DNA of 64,000 nucleotides, taken from positions 2,712 to 66,711 of the forward strand of contig DFXU01000007.1 in the NCBI GenBank assembly GCA_002383285.1. The letters run 5' to 3'. Position 1 is the first letter of the stretch. Each line of letters begins with the position of its first letter. Shown here piece by piece: positions 29,157-37,530 of this stretch. Position numbers and translations under genes: made by a program. A model generated the notes under the pieces. The model was not told the origin of the DNA, searched no databases, and worked only from the letters and a program-made list of their open reading frames with translations. This DNA comes from Bacillales bacterium UBA4100. GTDB taxonomy: Bacteria > Bacillota > Bacilli > Paenibacillales > UBA4045.

Positions 29157-29184
29157 AGTATAGCATAATGGTTGCGATTGTCTA
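29157..29184 (-). promoter_or_regulatory. Promoter for the TPP-riboswitch operon
   Basis: On the minus strand, TAGACA (29184-29179), a 16-nt spacer, then TGcTATACT as an extended -10 (TATACT = 29162-29157). The -35 element overlaps the TAG stop of the upstream nucleotidase gene. Confidence 0.55.
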
Positions 29185-30078
29185 TTGTTTCTTGTATGGC
29201 ACTCTAGCGACGGGTACGTGCTGTGAGGCAGGACCAAGGTGCACATCCTGGTCGTCAAAGAAAATATGAGCCCCAAACGCTTGCAGAACCTCTGCTTTAG
29301 ATACCCCACCGAGGAAGAAGGCTTCATCAATTCGCACATGCCATTCCCTGAGTGTGCGAATGACTCGTTCATGAGCAGGGCTATTCCGTGCAGTTACAAG
29401 AGCAGTGCGTATTGGAGATTTCCCCGCTTCAATGTGGTGCTGTAGGTAAGAGATCGTTTTTAATAACTTGGCAAAAGGACCCTCTGGCAGCATCTTTCGA
29501 GCGTTATCCTTCTCATGCTTCAAGAATGCATCTAGTCCTTCATTCTTATATATAAGTTCAGACTCATCGGAGAATAGCACCGCATCTCCATCAAAGGCAA
29601 CCCTGATTTGATCAATGTCAGATTCATATAACTCGGGATGTGTGTAGATGAATCCAGCAGCTACATTAGCATCAATCGCAGCTTGAACATCCTCTTCTGA
29701 AGCCGACAAGAATAAATCAATATCAAAGGCCTTTAGGTAAGGTGCTAATGATGCACCGCCAGTTAATGCGGCACGGGTAATATCTAAGCCATAGTGCGCG
29801 ATGGAATTAAATATTCTCATACTCGTATCCGCTGTATTCCGAGACATGATAATAACCTCTGTCTTACGATCATCCGGGAACAATTCATTCAAGCGAAGTA
29901 ATGCACGAACTAAAGGAAACCCACTGCCTGGCTTTAATACATCATCCTCGTGCTCGTGCTGATAGGCAATGTATGGTTCTAAACCTTCATTCATAAAGAT
30001 GTTATCCTCAAGAGATAGATCGAATAACGCACGAGAAGATATCCCAATAACCAGAAACTTAGTTAAATCATATGCCAT
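29182..30078 (-). CDS. 5'-nucleotidase family protein (the PF06189-like family, as I recall it)
   Basis: 298 aa. The sequence (LVIGISSRALFDL..., FDGDAVLFSDESE, TARNSPAHERVIRTL, FFDDQ) matches my memory of the bacterial cytosolic 5'-nucleotidase family. Confidence 0.65.
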   Translation of the reverse strand: MAYDLTKFLVIGISSRALFDLSLEDNIFMNEGLEPYIAYQHEHEDDVLKPGSGFPLVRALLRLNELFPDDRKTEVIIMSRNTADTSMRIFNSIAHYGLDITRAALTGGASLAPYLKAFDIDLFLSASEEDVQAAIDANVAAGFIYTHPELYESDIDQIRVAFDGDAVLFSDESELIYKNEGLDAFLKHEKDNARKMLPEGPFAKLLKTISYLQHHIEAGKSPIRTALVTARNSPAHERVIRTLREWHVRIDEAFFLGGVSKAEVLQAFGAHIFFDDQDVHLGPASQHVPVARVPYKKQ

Positions 30079-30102
30079 GAATGAAATGCCCCCTGCCCCG
30101 AT

Positions 30103-30789
30103 TTAAACAATCGAACGTAACTGCGAGAGCTCACGAATGTGATATAGCGGCGTATATTCCTCATCAATCACCGTGCCCAGTGGATTATAGAAACAAAAGT
30201 CAATTCCGGCATTCTTGGCACCATGATAATCATCATTCAAGGAGTCCCCTACGAACAGCACTTGCTCTCTAGACACCTTCAGATCCTCCAACGCCAGCTC
30301 GAAGATTAATGAATCTGGTTTATTCACACCAACCTCATCGGATATCATCAGGGAATGGAAGAATCCATCAATTCCACAGGCTTGTAATCTCTTGCGCTGT
30401 GAATCACCATATCCGTTCGTAATCATACCTATTCGATATAAGCTACTTACATAGGTTAGAATTTCGTGAGCGCCAGGTTCGAAATGACAGATGCTACAGA
30501 ACAAATCCCAATATGCTTGTGCAAGCACATCCGCAAGCTTGCTATCGCCTAAGTAAGCATGAAGCGCATCTCGGAATGTGAATAAAGTTAGTTCCGACCT
30601 AGTTAGCGTATGTCGTCTTTCCCAATATGACCAATTAATGGGGTCATAAACCTTGCTGAAATCATTCCAGGAAATCTCTTGCTCGTCAATGATCTGATGT
30701 GTAAGTAACGTTTGCCTTAAAGCGTCCTGCTCACAACGATTATAATTGATTAATGTATTGTCAAAGTCGAATATGATCGCCTTGTAGAT
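30103..30789 (-). CDS. HAD-IA phosphatase (YjjG-like nucleotidase type) with no canonical start codon
   Basis: The ORF track gives only 141 aa, starting at GTG 30528. The reading frame stays open upstream to a TGA at 30798-30796 and encodes catalytic motif I (AIIFDFDNTL). Only ATC 30789, 7 nt after AGGAGTG, sits where the Met is expected. Motifs ITNG and GDSLNDD lie downstream. Confidence 0.6.
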   Translation of the reverse strand: MYKAIIFDFDNTLINYNRCEQDALRQTLLTHQIIDEQEISWNDFSKVYDPINWSYWERRHTLTRSELTLFTFRDALHAYLGDSKLADVLAQAYWDLFCSICHFEPGAHEILTYVSSLYRIGMITNGYGDSQRKRLQACGIDGFFHSLMISDEVGVNKPDSLIFELALEDLKVSREQVLFVGDSLNDDYHGAKNAGIDFCFYNPLGTVIDEEYTPLYHIRELSQLRSIV

Positions 30790-30832
30790 ACTCCTTCACT
30801 CCTATCTTGATGGTAGTCTGTGATGTGATATA

Positions 30833-31432
30833 TTAAGGCGCTAAGTATCCCTTGGCTACAGACGATCGAATCAGCTCCTCAGCAAATTCCCATAAGATCT
30901 CTGACCCTTCAGCGATATGTGCATTCGCCTCCATCACTTGACTACTCGTAATACCATGCTTCTTCCATGCTGCTCCTTCTGTATAGTAATTATGCAGCAA
31001 AGGCTGCAACCGATCTAGGGAAGTTGCGAACAGAGCCTCCGATGTTTCCTTTTCTTCAAACTCATCCCATAATTGACGAATTTCCTCGTGTTGATCTTCT
31101 GGTAGCAGATCGAAAATACGGTTGGCAGCTGCCTGTTCACGTACCGATTTATCCTCTCGTCCGACCGAATCATATAACATCGTATCTCCTGCATCAATCT
31201 CTACAATATCGTGGATCAATACCATTCGTATGACTCGCATAACATTCAAGTCCGGCTCATTCGCATGCTCACACAGCATCATCGCGAACATCGCTAAGTG
31301 CCAAGAATGCTCTGCCGTATTCTCTAATCGTGATTTGTTTGTAACCATCGTCCGACGAAGAATCAGCTTCAACTTATCAATCTCCATAAGGAAGTTAATT
31401 TGTTGCTTTAATCGTTCTACATATTCTGTCAT
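30833..31432 (-). CDS. HD-domain phosphohydrolase (YfbR/HDDC2-like 5'-deoxynucleotidase family)
   Basis: Contains ENTAEHSWHLA and LIHDIVEIDAGDT metal-binding motifs. ATG 31432 follows GAGGAGAAG. Confidence 0.75.
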   Translation of the reverse strand: MTEYVERLKQQINFLMEIDKLKLILRRTMVTNKSRLENTAEHSWHLAMFAMMLCEHANEPDLNVMRVIRMVLIHDIVEIDAGDTMLYDSVGREDKSVREQAAANRIFDLLPEDQHEEIRQLWDEFEEKETSEALFATSLDRLQPLLHNYYTEGAAWKKHGITSSQVMEANAHIAEGSEILWEFAEELIRSSVAKGYLAP

Positions 31433-31436
31433 AAGG

Positions 31437-32114
31437 TCACTTCTCCTCACATGGATGGGTAATGTTAACGATAATGTCCTCTAACCCAATATCCTCCATA
31501 GACGCTAATCGTAAATCATGGGTCAAGAACTCGAGCTGACTTGTCACCGGATTCGGAACGATGACACAATAGATATCCGCAGCTTTAGCTGCGAGAAGAC
31601 CATTCAACGAATCCTCAAAGACGATAGCCTCTGAGTTCTTCACACCAAGATGCTCAAGCGCTTGGAGATAAAGCTCGGGATTTGGCTTCACTTGTGCTAC
31701 GTCATCTTTCGTTCTTATCACGTGAAAGTAAGAGTATATCTCATACTTCTTCAGATATGATTCAACCCAACTCCGACTCGAGCTTGAAGCAAGTCCAATT
31801 CGTAAACCAAACCTCTGTGCTGTCTGCAAATAATTGATTACACCAGGCCGAACTTGCATGGATTGAACAAGAATATGATACTTTTTTTCTGCTTGCTGTT
31901 TAAAGAATACTCGATCAACCTTCTTACCAATTTGTCGCTCCAGGTAATCTAGGGGATGAAAGTAACCGGAGTTTGTCGTTCCAATGCCTTTCGCCCACTC
32001 TTCTAGCGGCAATTGTGCACCTAGCTCCTCGAACGTCTGTCGATAAGAATGATAACCAGGTGTCTCTGTATCTAAGATAAGTCCATCGAAATCGAATATG
32101 ACTGCTTTAATCAT
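31437..32114 (-). CDS. HAD-IA phosphatase (beta-phosphoglucomutase-like subfamily)
   Basis: Contains motif I VIFDFDGLILDTE, motif II GLASSS, and EDSLNG. ATG 32114 lies 5 nt after AAGGGGTGA. Confidence 0.8.
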   Translation of the reverse strand: MIKAVIFDFDGLILDTETPGYHSYRQTFEELGAQLPLEEWAKGIGTTNSGYFHPLDYLERQIGKKVDRVFFKQQAEKKYHILVQSMQVRPGVINYLQTAQRFGLRIGLASSSSRSWVESYLKKYEIYSYFHVIRTKDDVAQVKPNPELYLQALEHLGVKNSEAIVFEDSLNGLLAAKAADIYCVIVPNPVTSQLEFLTHDLRLASMEDIGLEDIIVNITHPCEEK

Positions 32115-32119
32115 AGCAT

Positions 32120-32821
32120 TCACCCCTTGATCTTGGCTACATACATACCCCGACCACTAATACCTATTGGATCATACTCGGCGGAAAACCCTGACATCTT
32201 GAATGCCTGTAGCATATTATTGTTACTGAATAAACCAAGCTCATGCTTCTCCTTATAATGTGTAATACCTTGACGAGAATTAACTAGATAATGAAAATGG
32301 AGTATCGACAGGAGTCCTTCTCTAGTCGAATGTGACATTCTACAAATTTTGTGTGTTTCATCCTCTACCGTAAGCATATCATATCGATTGGATTCATAAG
32401 TATCTGGTGCGAACCAAGGCTCCACAATTAAGTAACCAGAAGGTTTTGTATGATTATGTAGTTGCCCGAGTGTATCGACAAGAGCGTCGAACGACTTTGC
32501 ATACGCAATTGAGCTGAATAAACATAAAACCACATCGTACTGCTGGGGCAGCTGGAACTTCATCATATCCTTACAATAGAATTGTCCGTCAGGATTTCTA
32601 TTTGCAGCGATCTCAACAAATACAGGGTTACTATCTATTCCATCTACCTGATAATGCTCACTTAGGAATTGAGCATGCTTGCCAGTTCCACAGGCAATAT
32701 CTAGAATTCGTACCGCTTCCGGATATACGTTATGCAGATAATCCTGAATTTCCTTAGCTTCCTTCTGATAATCCTTAAAGCTATAGATTAAATCGTAATA
32801 GGCTGCAGTTTGTTCGAACAT
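32120..32821 (-). CDS. Class I SAM-dependent methyltransferase, TylM1/DesVI-like
   Basis: 233 aa. It carries a string of motifs shared with sugar N,N-dimethyltransferases as I recall TylM1: YDLIY..KDY, LDIACGTG, FSSIAY, EPWF, SHSTREG, HYLV, GITH and SGRG. Confidence 0.7.
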   Translation of the reverse strand: MFEQTAAYYDLIYSFKDYQKEAKEIQDYLHNVYPEAVRILDIACGTGKHAQFLSEHYQVDGIDSNPVFVEIAANRNPDGQFYCKDMMKFQLPQQYDVVLCLFSSIAYAKSFDALVDTLGQLHNHTKPSGYLIVEPWFAPDTYESNRYDMLTVEDETHKICRMSHSTREGLLSILHFHYLVNSRQGITHYKEKHELGLFSNNNMLQAFKMSGFSAEYDPIGISGRGMYVAKIKG

Positions 32822-32933
32822 GGATAGTACCCCTTTCCTTACTCGAAATATTCTTTGATGTATAAAGGGAATAAACTTATACTCAACTTACCATTTATTT
32901 GAAAGCCATTCAAACGAAAATTAAATGAATTAC

Positions 32934-32980
32934 AAATACAAAAACCTAGTGGAGAACTTCTTCACTAGGTTTTTGTATTT
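32934..32980. terminator. Bidirectional intrinsic terminator
   Basis: AAATACAAAAACCTAGTG-gagaacttctt-CACTAGGTTTTTGTATTT forms a perfect 18-bp-arm hairpin with A/T flanks, about 20 nt downstream of the THUMP methyltransferase stop. Confidence 0.85.
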
Positions 32981-33002
32981 GATCTAAATGATACTATTCG
33001 GC

Positions 33003-34160
33003 TTACCTCGGTGGTAATGGACCAAAATATTGATAAAATGTACATTCAATTTGTCCGTTGAAAAGCTTGCGTTTCTTGTCAGCACGACGCTCGAATAAGG
33101 TTTCAAAGTTCTTGTTCGGGCTGATAATGAAGTGAGACCAATTCCTCAGCCGCTTAGCTACCTTGCCTAGCTGTCGGCTTACACGCTCTACCTCTTCATA
33201 GCTACCGATTCGTTCACCATATGGAGGATTGGAAATTATACAGCCATATTCTCCCTCTGGGCTAATGTCCGCGACTGGTGCCAATTCTAGCTTTATATCC
33301 TTACTAAATCCAGCATTTTTCACCGCTGATAGAGCAATATCAATTGCTTCCTGATCGATATCTGATCCGATGATATTAAGTGGCACATCGTCTTTGATAA
33401 GATCATAAGCTTCTTCCCGAGTTTGCGTCCACAGCTCTGGAGGCAGGTTCGTCCAGTCTTCAGCATTAAAGCTACGCTTGAGTCCTGGAGCAATGTTCCA
33501 GCCGATCATCGCAGCTTCAATTGGAATAGTACCTGAACCACAGAATGGATCGTATAACGGACGCTCTGGTCGCCATCGACTTAGTAGAATCATGGCCGCA
33601 GCTAAGGATTCTCGAAGCGGAGCTTCAGTAGCTACCTTACGGTATCCACGCTTATGTAATCCAGCTCCTGTTGTATCGATCGTTAACGTGGCAATATCAT
33701 TCAGCAGAGTAACCTCTACCACATAACGTGGTCCAGATTCAGGAAACCATTCAGTGTTGTATCTTTGCTTCAGCTTCTCAACAATCGCTTTCTTAACAAT
33801 TCCTTGGCAAGCAGGAACACTCGTTAACTGTGATTTGTGAGATCTACCATCAACCGGAAACTCACCAAGCTGAGGTATCCAATGTGTCCAAGGAAGCGCC
33901 TTAGTACCTTCGAAGAGATCATCGAACGTACGAGCCTCAAATTCACCAAGCTTCACTAGAATCCTTCCTGCGGTTCGCAGCCACATGTTGGTTCTACATA
34001 TATCCTTCTCATCTCCGTAGAAGGTTACACGTCCATTCTCCACAACCTGATCTATATAGCCCAGGTTTTTTAGTTCACGTGCTAACACGGCCTCAAGCCC
34101 CATAGGGGTTGTTGCAATTAATTGATATTTGGACAAGTTTAGGACCACTCTCTCATTCAC
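33003..34160 (-). CDS. THUMP-domain class I RNA methyltransferase (YpsC/RlmL-like)
   Basis: 385 aa with an N-terminal THUMP region and the SNPPYGERIG catalytic motif. The true start may be TTG 34136 (MSKYQLIATTPMG). Confidence 0.8.
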   Translation of the reverse strand: MNERVVLNLSKYQLIATTPMGLEAVLARELKNLGYIDQVVENGRVTFYGDEKDICRTNMWLRTAGRILVKLGEFEARTFDDLFEGTKALPWTHWIPQLGEFPVDGRSHKSQLTSVPACQGIVKKAIVEKLKQRYNTEWFPESGPRYVVEVTLLNDIATLTIDTTGAGLHKRGYRKVATEAPLRESLAAAMILLSRWRPERPLYDPFCGSGTIPIEAAMIGWNIAPGLKRSFNAEDWTNLPPELWTQTREEAYDLIKDDVPLNIIGSDIDQEAIDIALSAVKNAGFSKDIKLELAPVADISPEGEYGCIISNPPYGERIGSYEEVERVSRQLGKVAKRLRNWSHFIISPNKNFETLFERRADKKRKLFNGQIECTFYQYFGPLPPR

Positions 34161-34283
34161 GTATTATGTTGTCAAACAATAACATCAGTATAGGTGATTT
34201 CCGGTGTCTTCACAAACTTTTGCGACCCATAGTTCAATATACTGCTGATATCGCTGCAATAGTCCGCTCTGTCCATTCATAAT

Positions 34284-35051
34284 CTAGACGTATCCGTTAG
34301 CTAACCATCCGCCATCAACCTTCAGAATGGTCCCCGTGACATAATTCGAATCCGCCGTGGCTAAGAATAATGCAGGTCCAACTAAATCTTCGACCTCTCC
34401 TAGGCGCCCTGCCGGAATTCGTGCTATCATTCGCTCTGGTTTGTGGACACCCTTACTAATTAAATCTTGAACGATTTCCGTACGGATAAATCCGGGGCTT
34501 ATCGCATTCACTTGTATATTATGCTTAGCCCATTCAACACCCAAATTCTGCGTTAATTGCATAACGCCCCCTTTACTCGCTGCATATGCAGCTCTCTCAG
34601 GTATAGCTGCATGCGCAACGATAGATGTAATATTAATCATTTTCCCACCTTCACCACGTTCGATCATATGTGCACCAACCTTCTGACAGCAGAGGAATGT
34701 TCCGTCCAGATTTATGCGTAAACACTTATGCCAATTTTCCAAGGATAGCGATTCTGATGGAGAAACCATTGTGATCCCTGCACAGTTAGCCAGTATGTCA
34801 ATTTTGCCGAACGCTTTCACTGATTCATCGACAATGCGTTGTACATCTGACTCACTACCCACATCAGCTTCAATGGTTAGAACTGAAGATGTTGTATTCC
34901 CGCGGATCCATGCTTCCTGCTCTTTCAATTGAGACAATGTGCGACTTATCAATACGATATGTGCACCCTCTCTTGCGAAACCACGAGCCATCGCACCCCC
35001 AATCCCTCTTCCACTTCCTGTAACAACTGCAACTTTCCCTTGTAATCTCAT
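34284..35051 (-). CDS. SDR-family oxidoreductase (KduD/gluconate-5-dehydrogenase-like)
   Basis: Contains TGSGRGIG and YAASKGG motifs. Its start overlaps the GntR gene stop (ATGA). Confidence 0.8.
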   Translation of the reverse strand: MRLQGKVAVVTGSGRGIGGAMARGFAREGAHIVLISRTLSQLKEQEAWIRGNTTSSVLTIEADVGSESDVQRIVDESVKAFGKIDILANCAGITMVSPSESLSLENWHKCLRINLDGTFLCCQKVGAHMIERGEGGKMINITSIVAHAAIPERAAYAASKGGVMQLTQNLGVEWAKHNIQVNAISPGFIRTEIVQDLISKGVHKPERMIARIPAGRLGEVEDLVGPALFLATADSNYVTGTILKVDGGWLANGYV

Positions 35052-35788
35052 TTATCTTCTCTCCATTCTACTGAATTTCTGATGTTTCTAAGAAAATATT
35101 GTGGATGAACCTTACGAATTTCTGGGAACTCATGATTTAATTTACCCAAATGGTCATCCAAAAGCTGAGCGGTTCGTTCCTCATTATTAGCTTCAATTGC
35201 CGCAAAAATCTCCACATGCTCATCAACAATACGATGCATGTGATGGTATTCCTCTAACAGCATATATCGAAGGCGATTTAAATGTCCGCGCATATGATAT
35301 ACGACCTGAAGTAGGGTATCGTTATTAGCTAATCCCAGAATAATGCGGTGAAACGTCTCGTCCAGTTGTAGAAATAAGGCAGCGTTATTATTATCAGCGG
35401 CAGCTCGTTGGTCCCGTATTGAATGCAGGATAAGTTGCTTTGTTAGCTTCTGATTATGCTCATCCCATACCCGTGCAGCGATACGGAAGGCGCCAAGCTC
35501 CAGCTGTGCTTGAATGAAGCGTGTCTCCAGCACCTTGCGTTCCGACACATAGGTAACAAGCGTACCCCGCTGTGGTAAAACCTCAAGTAATTGCTCATTT
35601 ACCAAGCTGCGGATGGCTTCGCGGATAGGCGTTCTGCTTACCCCAAGTGATTCTGCAAGTTCATTCTCATAGATCATTTGACCTGGCTTGAGCTTCAGGC
35701 AAATAATCGCTTCACGAACTGCATCATAAACTTGTGTACTTAACGGCTTTGAAGCATCATTCGGTGCGGGTAATGTGAGAAAATCCAA
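35048..35788 (-). CDS. GntR-family transcriptional regulator (FadR/FCD subfamily)
   Basis: Has a winged-HTH region (ENELAESLGVSRTPIREAIRSL) and an alpha-helical C-terminal FCD-like domain. It starts at a TTG 6 nt after GGAGGTGA. Confidence 0.85.
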   Translation of the reverse strand: MDFLTLPAPNDASKPLSTQVYDAVREAIICLKLKPGQMIYENELAESLGVSRTPIREAIRSLVNEQLLEVLPQRGTLVTYVSERKVLETRFIQAQLELGAFRIAARVWDEHNQKLTKQLILHSIRDQRAAADNNNAALFLQLDETFHRIILGLANNDTLLQVVYHMRGHLNRLRYMLLEEYHHMHRIVDEHVEIFAAIEANNEERTAQLLDDHLGKLNHEFPEIRKVHPQYFLRNIRNSVEWREDK

Positions 35789-35829
35789 ATAAGATCACCT
35801 CCTACCTACATTAATATCATACTTACATA

Positions 35830-35841
35830 CTTGTATACAAG
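35830..35841. promoter_or_regulatory. Putative GntR operator
   Basis: CTTGTATACAAG is a perfect 12-bp palindrome of the GntR/FadR t.GT..AC.a type, 42 nt upstream of the GntR gene start. Confidence 0.5.
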
Positions 35842-35953
35842 CACTTTGTTGGTCAATGCCATTCGAAGCAGACAAAATAAAAAAGCCCAGGATGATATTC
35901 CTTTATCAGGATATACCAGCCATAGGGCTGAAACATAGAGTTAGAATCTCGTA

Positions 35954-36379
35954 TTAATCTTCATGGGTATCATACGTGCATTCGAACCGCTCTACACCTG
36001 GATATTTCTCTCCAAGGCTAACAACAGTAAATCCCACATTCCGATAGAAGTCTACGGCATCTTGATCTGTCTCTGCGAATAATCGATTCGGCTTCTTCAT
36101 TTCGATTAATTCAACCAAGAGTCCTCTCCCATAGCCCAGACCTCGAAAGTTCGGTTGAACAGACAGATGGAGAATCTCAAGAATTGCCCCCTCCATCATC
36201 TGGACACCGACTATGCCAATATATACATCGTCGACTTCATAAGCATATATTTCGGAATTATCATTCGACTGATAGGCATTAATTGTATGTATGAGCCTGC
36301 TCTCATCTGGAAAAATCGAATATGAAAGCAATTCTTTGAACTCACTTTCAAGTAATCTAGATTTAATCTCAACAAACAT
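35954..36379 (-). CDS. GNAT-family N-acetyltransferase
   Basis: 141 aa with the acetyl-CoA-binding motif FRGLGYGRGLL. Confidence 0.8.
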   Translation of the reverse strand: MFVEIKSRLLESEFKELLSYSIFPDESRLIHTINAYQSNDNSEIYAYEVDDVYIGIVGVQMMEGAILEILHLSVQPNFRGLGYGRGLLVELIEMKKPNRLFAETDQDAVDFYRNVGFTVVSLGEKYPGVERFECTYDTHED

Positions 36380-36505
36380 TTCAAATCACTCCCTTATATC
36401 GATATTGTATGGCAATTGAATAAGCCTTTCAACTTTATGTTGTAATTTAAATAGTACATACTATATATTATATATAACGTCATATATAAAATTGGAGTGG
36501 TAATC

Positions 36506-37468
36506 ATGGAGAGAGAATTAGCCTTAGAAATCGTTAGAGTTACTGAATTAGCCGCACTTGCATCCGCACCTTGGATGGGTCGTGGAGATAAGAATAGCGC
36601 AGATGGTGCCGCCGTAACCGCCATGAGGGCTATGTTCGATACCGTATCGATTCGTGGTACTGTTGTTATTGGCGAAGGCGAAATGGACGAGGCACCTATG
36701 CTTTACATTGGCGAGCAGGTAGGTAGCTTGAATGGACGTGAGGTTGATGTTGCTGTTGATCCCCTCGAAGGTACTGAATTAGTCGCCAAAGGACTAGATA
36801 ATGCGATGGCCGTAGTTGCTGTTGCTGATAAAGGGAGCCTATTACATGCTCCAGATATGTATATGGAGAAGTTAGCGGGAGGACCTCTGTTAGTTGGTCA
36901 CCTTAACCTAGACGATCCACTTGAACTCACGCTAGAGAAGACAGCGAGGCTATTACATAAGAAAATCAGTGACTTAACCGTGATGATTCTTGATCGGGAC
37001 AGACATGAAGAGCAAGTGAAGATTTTACGTCGTGTAGGTGTACGAATCAAATTTCTAATCGCTAACGATGTAGCGGGTGCCATTGCACCAGCAATCCCCG
37101 AAACGGGTATTGACCTTTATGTCGGCTCTGGAGGTGCACCAGAAGGCGTCCTCGCAGCAGCAGCATTACGTTGCTTAGGAGGAGAATTCCAAGGTCGTCT
37201 CCTTCCAGCTGGCCCCGCTGATATTGAACGCTGCTCAACAATGGGACTTACTGATCCGCATCGCATTCTGAATATGGATGATCTTGTAGGTACTGGTGAT
37301 GTCATCTTCGCAGCTACCGGTATTACGCCTGGCGCATTCTTGGATGGAGTTACTTACTTAGCGGACCAACGAGCAGAAACCCATTCTATTGTTATGCGAG
37401 CAGCCACGCGCACCGTTCGTTTCATTAAGGCTTCGCATTATTTGCCGAATAAACCATTATTGCGTTGA
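36506..37468 (+). CDS. glpX: Fructose-1,6-bisphosphatase class II
   Basis: Starts MERELALEIVRVTE and contains GEGEMDEAPML and DPLEGT motifs. ATG 36506 follows GGAGTGG. Confidence 0.92.
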   Translation: MERELALEIVRVTELAALASAPWMGRGDKNSADGAAVTAMRAMFDTVSIRGTVVIGEGEMDEAPMLYIGEQVGSLNGREVDVAVDPLEGTELVAKGLDNAMAVVAVADKGSLLHAPDMYMEKLAGGPLLVGHLNLDDPLELTLEKTARLLHKKISDLTVMILDRDRHEEQVKILRRVGVRIKFLIANDVAGAIAPAIPETGIDLYVGSGGAPEGVLAAAALRCLGGEFQGRLLPAGPADIERCSTMGLTDPHRILNMDDLVGTGDVIFAATGITPGAFLDGVTYLADQRAETHSIVMRAATRTVRFIKASHYLPNKPLLR

Positions 37469-37530
37469 AATTAATAACACATATCCGAAGTTAAAAATGG
37501 CTTATTGCGCGAAGATTTGTTACCATAGTA

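Noticed and set aside
31015-31484. ORFs 30967-31233 and 31122-31484 (plus strand) and 31015-31197 (minus strand, out of frame) within the HD-domain gene
   Set aside because: They are antisense to, or out of frame with, a gene carrying clear HD metal-binding motifs, and they have no independent support.
36394-36624. 76-aa minus-strand ORF spanning the GNAT-glpX intergenic region and the glpX 5' end
   Set aside because: It overlaps the well-supported glpX start in antisense. Its upstream half is an AT-rich promoter region, and it has no RBS.
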